Assembly: GCF_009914755.1 (NCBI RefSeq)
Contig: NC_060931.1
Direction: 5' to 3' (one strand)
From: the human T2T-CHM13v2.0 reference genome, Homo sapiens
DNA length: 64,000 nucleotides
Shown: positions 57,586-64,000 of the stretch, in pieces
Layout of the letters: each line of letters begins with the position of its first letter
Numbering within the stretch: the first letter of the stretch is position 1
Translations under genes and position numbers: made by a program
The notes under the pieces: generated by a model
The model's input: the letters and a program-made list of their open reading frames with translations, nothing else
Databases searched by the model: none
Told to the model about the DNA's origin: nothing

Positions 57586-60500
57586 ACAAATTATATTAAT
57601 TCTAAAATGGAAGGAATTGCTAATAATGCTATTAGAATGTGGTATGTTAAAGGTCAGTTGTCTGCCTCCCCAGTCATCCTGGGTTAGCATTATCTTGATG
57701 AATTCCCGTGGTCTGATATAGAAACCTACCTCAATTTTTTAACATCAGAAACTTGATTTGTCTGTATGCTAAAAGTGATTCCTATTAAATGAGAGTTTTG
57801 TTTCTACCAGACTAATTTTTATGTCGTAAAAAATTATTAACAGATTATGTTAGTTTCTTTATTCAATTTATTCATGTCATAATTTAAAATGATTACTTCT
57901 TTTTATGGTTTTCAGTTCATTTTAAAAGCCTTATTACTCCATTTACAAAGCTAGCAAATTTTCAATCTCTTTAAAGGAAGCCCTTAGTAACTATCTAGAA
58001 CCAGTTATAAACCTTGTTAATTAAACTCATTTTAACATTTTAAACTACATTAATACCTTTATATACTCAATTTCTTTCTACACATACTTACATTTATCTA
58101 ATAAACTTTCTCAAGTATTAAGTAATACTTATAAAATTAATAAATAAAACTTTTAAATGGTTTCTTTTAATTTTCCTTAAATAATCAAATATCACATTTA
58201 TACTTAATTGTATTCAGTCTACATACACATTTCTAAATCAACTCTCAATTAGACATTTTAAAATGGTGTTACAAGCTTGATCTGTTATTCTAACAAAGTC
58301 TTTAATCATTATGGATGCTTATTATAGCAAATACATGCATGTTAATTAATGTAAAAATAGTAATATCACATTGTGGTTGCCTTAAACATATCTACTATTA
58401 ATTCTAAGTCTCCCCAGATATAAAAAATGCTTTTCCACAAAGGAAACATACCATCTCACAACATTTTGGGGGTTATATCCCTACATAATTTTTGGAGCTG
58501 CCTTCTCAGCTTTTCAATGATCAGAGGATAGTTGAGCAATGAGACTGGATCCTGTCTCTGATATGGATGGAACGTATCAGCTCCTATAAATTATAACACA
58601 CTGTTAATAGGACTTCAAAAATGAAAGAGAAACATTTCATGTGGCTCATATCCATTAAAAATGAGTTACATTATTATCTAATTTTCAAGTCAGGTTAGAA
58701 TCTATAACTTCCACCTAGGTGGCCATATCTCTTAATTGGATTTTGTTTTCCTTAGTTCTTAAGATAAGTAGATGTATTCACACCTAGGGGTAAAGACATT
58801 TGAGTGTAAGGCAATCCTACCTTTTCTCACTTTAATCAAATCATACAACTCTTCCTAATATTAAATGCATTTTGGATTGTAATCTGAACTCTTTTGGAGT
58901 TTTGTCTATTTTGATCATAAATTTCAAGGTCATTCAAGTGATAGATCTATCTCTAAAGGGCAGATGCATATTAACCAGACTCACAAAAGAAAAGTATCAA
59001 AACAAAATGCCAATGTATTCATTTATAAGGAAAAATATAACTGCTAAGGAGGACAGGCACTTAAAAATATTTTGATGTACACAAAATTTTCCTATAAACA
59101 AGCCTCAAAAAGTGGCAAGTTATTATCTGAAAGCTGCCTGGTGAGTATGGAATCAGAATAAGAGGAGTTATGTATATTATTTGGATAATTAATGACCTCA
59201 GCATGAAATAATCTGATATATCTGCCAGAATTTGGAGGACACTAATAGACAGCAGCCCTTCCTTCCCTGCCAAGTTTGGTACCAACTAAAAGGCAAATAT
59301 GGAGTTAAACAGATGGCGCTCAAAGTGTCAGCTTTATTATTGATTAAGGCTAGGTTAGAGACACAGCTTTAACAATGCAACTAAATGAACTTGAAAATAT
59401 TTCTTCAATAGGTTAGATTACTAACCTTGTTATGATACAACTCTTCAAACCCAGTTATGTCCCTAACCATGCCCCTGACCACAGGGCGGTAGAGGACCAA
59501 AATGCATGTAGCATCCCACCTGTGCTAAGAGACTGCTTTCCGGAACGGGGTGGTGAGAGAGAGAGAGAGGGAGAGAAGAGAGAAACAGATAATATGAGAG
59601 AGAGCAAAGAATGTCATTTTTCTTTCACAAATTTCACTTATTAGATAAGACATTTACTCTCTTGTGGGAAGGATTAAGAGTTAGGACTATTTCTCTTACG
59701 GAATCCTTTCACAGAAGGAATGAAGGATAAATGCCTCCTAAGTCCTAGCAACATTCATCTTTACATAAAGGATATATATGCCAAAGGGTCAGGAAAGAGT
59801 TGTGCATCTGGATCAGAAGTGCTTCTACCCACAATGGAGTCAGGATGAGACTGCTGTTTTACGTCTCTGTGATTCTCAACTTTCCATGCTTCTATTGCAG
59901 TCCAATCCCTTTCCTCATTTGCAGTTTTTTTAAGTTCTGTTAATACATTAATCCAGATTGGTGTCAAGTTTTGTGAGCCTGGAAGCTATCTGGCCTCTCT
60001 AAACAGTCTTTGCATGTCTCTGCTTTGATCCATTATGTATATATCAATCTAAATTCCTTCAATTCCAAATTCATGAAGGACGCTCCCCATAACTCCGCCA
60101 AAAAACTCATACTTAGTACTTCTATTATAAATATTGAAAGTTATAATATAGGGAATATGTCTGAATAGAGTGAAAATATTATCAACTACTGATCATCTAA
60201 GAACTAATTATCTCATTTGCACTCTAAGCATGCGTCTTAGTTCTTTCCTACCTCCTCCTTCTGTGCACATTTTAATCAGTTATTTTTAGACTGTGTTTCT
60301 ACCATGAAGGAGAATTCATGAAATATTTCACATGTTTCTTACTAGAATGGCTTTTAAAAGGTATCTTTCATATAATTTATCTATATTATTTCTGTTCCTG
60401 ATAGCAGAAACTCCAAATGTTGTATTTATTGAACTCCTGTTGATACATAGAATTCCACAGCATGGGTTTAATTCCTGAATGGTTCCTACCTGTTGCTTTA

Positions 60501-60929
60501 CTAGCAATTCTTTGAAAAAGGAAACAAGGAAAATAGATTTAAAAATTGGATGATAATAAGAGATGAGATCTGTGTTCTCATTTCCATTCAACAACAATTT
60601 ACTTATGACATTTGAACCCACTATGAGATCCTAATGTTATAATAACAAAAATCAATGTTTTATATAACATTGTGTCTCCCAAATGAAGTTCCACTGAACA
60701 CTAGTTCTAAGGATTAAACTATGTTACATAAAAACAATTTCTTGATCAAATAGGTTTGAGGAAGGGGTAATTAGACACACTATATTTTTACAAGACTTAA
60801 CAGCAACTTTAATGTTCCATTAACAATACTGTATTTCATTTACCCTGACTTCCTTTTAATTGTATGATGAAGAATTAATTATGTTCCATTAATAAATGAA
60901 AAATACTGCTAACTAAAACATGGCACTGG

Positions 60930-61040
60930 AGTCAGGTACCTTGGCATGCACCTGTAGCCCCAGCAACTTGGGAGGAAAAGGCAGGAGGATCACATGAGCC
61001 CAGTAGTTTGAGGCCAACCTGGGCAACATAGCAAGGTGCC
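60930..61040 (+). mobile_element. FLAM-type Alu monomer cut by the HERV-H insertion
   Basis: cacctgtagccccagcaacttgggagg...gcctgggcaacatagcaagg-like sequence runs directly into LTR7 with no poly(A). Confidence 0.75.
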
Positions 61041-61411
61041 TTTCATGCGCATCCATGTGAAGAGACCACTAAACAGGCTTTGTGTGAGCAATAAAGCTTT
61101 TAATCACCTGGGTGCAGGCGGCCTGAGTCCAAAAACAGAGTCAGTGAACAGAGATAAGGGTGGGGCCGTTTTATAGGATTTGGGTAGATAAAGGAAAATT
61201 ACAGTCAAAGGGGGGTTGTCCTCTGGTGGGCAGAGTGGGGGTCACAAGGTGCTCAGTAGGGGAGCTTATGTCATCAGTTAAGGCAGGAACAGGCCATTTT
61301 CACTTCTTTTGTGGTGGAATGTCATCAGTTAAGGCAGGAACCGGCCATCTGGATGTGTACTTGCAGGTCACAGGGGATATGATGGCTTAGCTTGGGCTCA
61401 GAGGCCTGACA
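61041..61411 (-). mobile_element. LTR7, 3' LTR of a HERV-H provirus
   Basis: Minus strand reads TGTCAGGCCTCTGAGCCCAAGCTAAGCC...CCTATAAAACGGCCCC...GCGCATGAAA, preceded by polypurine tract AAGAAGACAGGAA. Confidence 0.95.
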
Positions 61412-64000
61412 TTCCTGTCTTCTTATATTAATAAGAAAAATAAAACAAAATAGTGGTAAAGTGTTGGGATGGTGAAAATTTTTGGGGGTGGTATGGAGAG
61501 ATAATAGGCGATGTTTCTCAGGGCTGCTTCGAGTGGGATTAGGGGCGGCATGGGAACCTAGAGTGGGAGAGATTAAGCTGAAGGAAGATTTTGTGGTAAG
61601 GGGTGATGTTGTGGGGTTGTTAGAAGAAACATTTGTCGTGTAGAATTACTGCTGATGGCCTAGATATGGTTCTGTATATATTGAAAAACTAAATGGAATA
61701 AGAGAAGGAGAAAAACCGGTATAAAAGGTCTAAGAATTGGGAGGACCTAGGACATCTGATTAGAGAGCGCCTAAGGAGATTCAGCATAGTCCTGCTAGCA
61801 AAGTTCATTTATTTACTTCAAGAGTTTAGAGTGGCAGTTTGGGGATAGAACCAGGAGATATCAGCTGTGATGGCTTGGAGAAACAGTGTAAACTGGCAGT
61901 GTAAACAAGAGCAGGGCATGTATGAGTAGTTGAGAACGGTGAATAGGAGTATGACTAGATAGAAGATAGTAGGGATGACAAGTTTTTTTGGGCACAGTCT
62001 AAGTTGATCTGGTGTCTGGAATGAGACTGGGGCCTAATAAAAAGGAGCGTCTATACAGGAGCTCAAATGGGCTGTACCTTGTAGCATTCTGAGGACAGGT
62101 CTGACTTCTGAGAAGGGAAAGTGGTAAAAGTATTGTCCAGTCCTTTTTAAATTGGTGGCTGAGCTTGGTGAGGTGTGTTTTTAAAAGACCTTTAGTCCGT
62201 TCGACTTTTCTTGAAGACAGAGGACCGTAAGGGATATAAAGGTTTCACTGAATACTAAGAGCCTGAAAAACTGCTTGGCTGATTTGACTCATAAAGGCTG
62301 GTCTGTTATCAGACTGTATAGAGGTGGGAAGGCTAAACTGAGGAATTATGTCTGACAGAAGGGAAGAAAAGACTGTGGTGGCCTTCTCAGACCCTGTAGG
62401 AAAGGCCTCTACCTATCCAGTGAAAGTGTCTACCTAGACTAAGAGGTATTTTAGTTATCTGACTCGGGCCATGTTGAGTAAAGCTAATTTGCCAGTCCTG
62501 GGTGGGGGCAAATCCTCGAGCTTGATGTGTAGGGAAGGGAGGGGGCCTGAATAATCCCTGAGGGGTAGTAGAATAGCAGATGGAACACTGAGAAGTTATT
62601 TCCTTGAGGATAGATTTCCATGATGGAAAGGAAATGAGAGGTTCTAAGAGGCAGGCTAGTGTCTTGTACTATAGCATAGCCTGCCTTTGCTGCTGTGTGG
62701 CAATTAGGCCTGGTGGAACTGCCATCAATAAATCAAGCGTGATCAGGGTCAAGAACCGGAAAGAAAGAAATATGGGGAAATGGGGTGAATGTCAGGTGGA
62801 TCAGATACAGTCATAAGGGTCAGGTGTGGTATCTAGAATAATGTGGGAGGCCAGATTGAAGTCCGGACCAGGAACAATGGTAATTGTGGGACTTAACAAA
62901 GAGTGAGTACAGCTGAAGGAGCCGGGGAGCAGAAAGTATATGCGTCAGGTATGAGGAAGAAAATAGATTTTGGAAGTTATGAGAAATGTAGCGAGTGAGT
63001 TGAGCATGGTTTGTGATTTTTAGGGCCTCTAAAATATTAAAGCAGCGGCAGCTGCTGCATGCAGACATGAGGGCTAGGCTAAAACAGTAAGGTCAAGTTG
63101 TTTGGAGAGAAAGGCTACAGGGTGCTGTCCTGGCTCTTGTGTAACAATTCTGACCACACTAACTATGCTTAGGAAGGAAAGGAGTTGTTGTTTTGTAAGG
63201 GATTGAGGTTTGGGAGATTAATCAGACATGATCAGCAGGGAGAGCACGTGTGTTTTTATGAGAATTATGCCAAGATACGTAACAGATGAGGATGAAATTT
63301 GGGCTTGACTGAAGTAATGGGGGCTATCTGCGAAGCCTTGTGGCAGTACAGCCTAGGTAATTTGCTGAGCCTAATGGGTGTCAGGGTTAGTCTAAGTGAA
63401 AGCGAAGAGAGGCTGGGATGAAGGGTGCAGTAAGGAAAGCATGTTTGAGATCTAGAACAGAATAATGGGTTGTAGAGGGAGGTATTGAGGATAGGAGAGT
63501 ATACGGATTTGGCACTATGGGGTGGATAGGCAAAACAATTTGGTTGATAAGGCGCAGATTCTGAACTAACCTGTAAGCCTTGTCTGGTTTTAGGACAGGT
63601 AAAATGGGGGAATGGTAGGAAGAGTTTATAGGCTTTAAAAGGTCATGCTGTAACAGGCGAGCGATAACAGACTTTAATCCTTTTAAAGTGTGCTGTGGGA
63701 TGGGATATTGGCATTGAGCGGGTTAAGAGTGATTAGGTTTTAATGGGATGGTAAGGGGTGCATGATCGGTTGCTAAGGAGGGAGTAGAGGTGTCTTATAC
63801 TTGTGGGTTAAGGTGGGGAGATACAAGGGGAGGATGTGAAGGAAGCTTTGAACTGGGGGAAAAGGCGGCAATGAGGTGTGGCTGTAGCCTAGGAACAGTC
63901 AGGGAAGCAGATAATTTAGTTAAAGTGTCTCGGCCTAATAAGGGAACCGGGCAGGTGGGGATAACTAAAAAGGAGTGCTTAAAAGAGTATTGTCTAAGTT
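61412..64000 (-). mobile_element. HERV-H internal region (defective pol, short env remnant), continues past the window edge
   Basis: Minus-strand peptides: RNase H PDHA*FIDGSS...KAGYAIV (stop at 62733-62735), integrase GFAPTQDWQISFT and SSRKVERTKGLLKTHLTKL; stops and deletions typical of the common deleted HERV-H form. Confidence 0.93.

Overview
Primate, almost certainly human, genomic DNA covering the 5' half of TSPAN12 (tetraspanin-12, Norrin/FZD4 co-receptor, FEVR gene) on the minus strand. It holds a CpG-island promoter with non-coding exon 1 (~33165-33470) and coding exons 2-4 (codons 1-95, MAREDSVKC...LLLLAW); exons 5 onward lie left of the window. The rest is intron and ~30 kb of upstream DNA filled with repeats: Alus, old L1/L2/MIR, hAT MITEs, a full MSTA MaLR in intron 2, solo LTRs, and the 3' part of a HERV-H provirus pointing toward the gene. 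Nearly all ORFs in the track are repeat-derived or chance. I found no new gene system. The best unexplained signals are a four-uAUG spliced leader with a strong-context overlapping ORF, a fold-back structure at 18163-18389 enclosing an ~85-bp copy of sequence 2.1 kb away, a 54-bp near-perfect palindrome, and an acceptor-like site inside exon 1 downstream of the co-oriented HERV-H. Repeat subfamily names come from recalled consensus sequences, and old-repeat boundaries are approximate.
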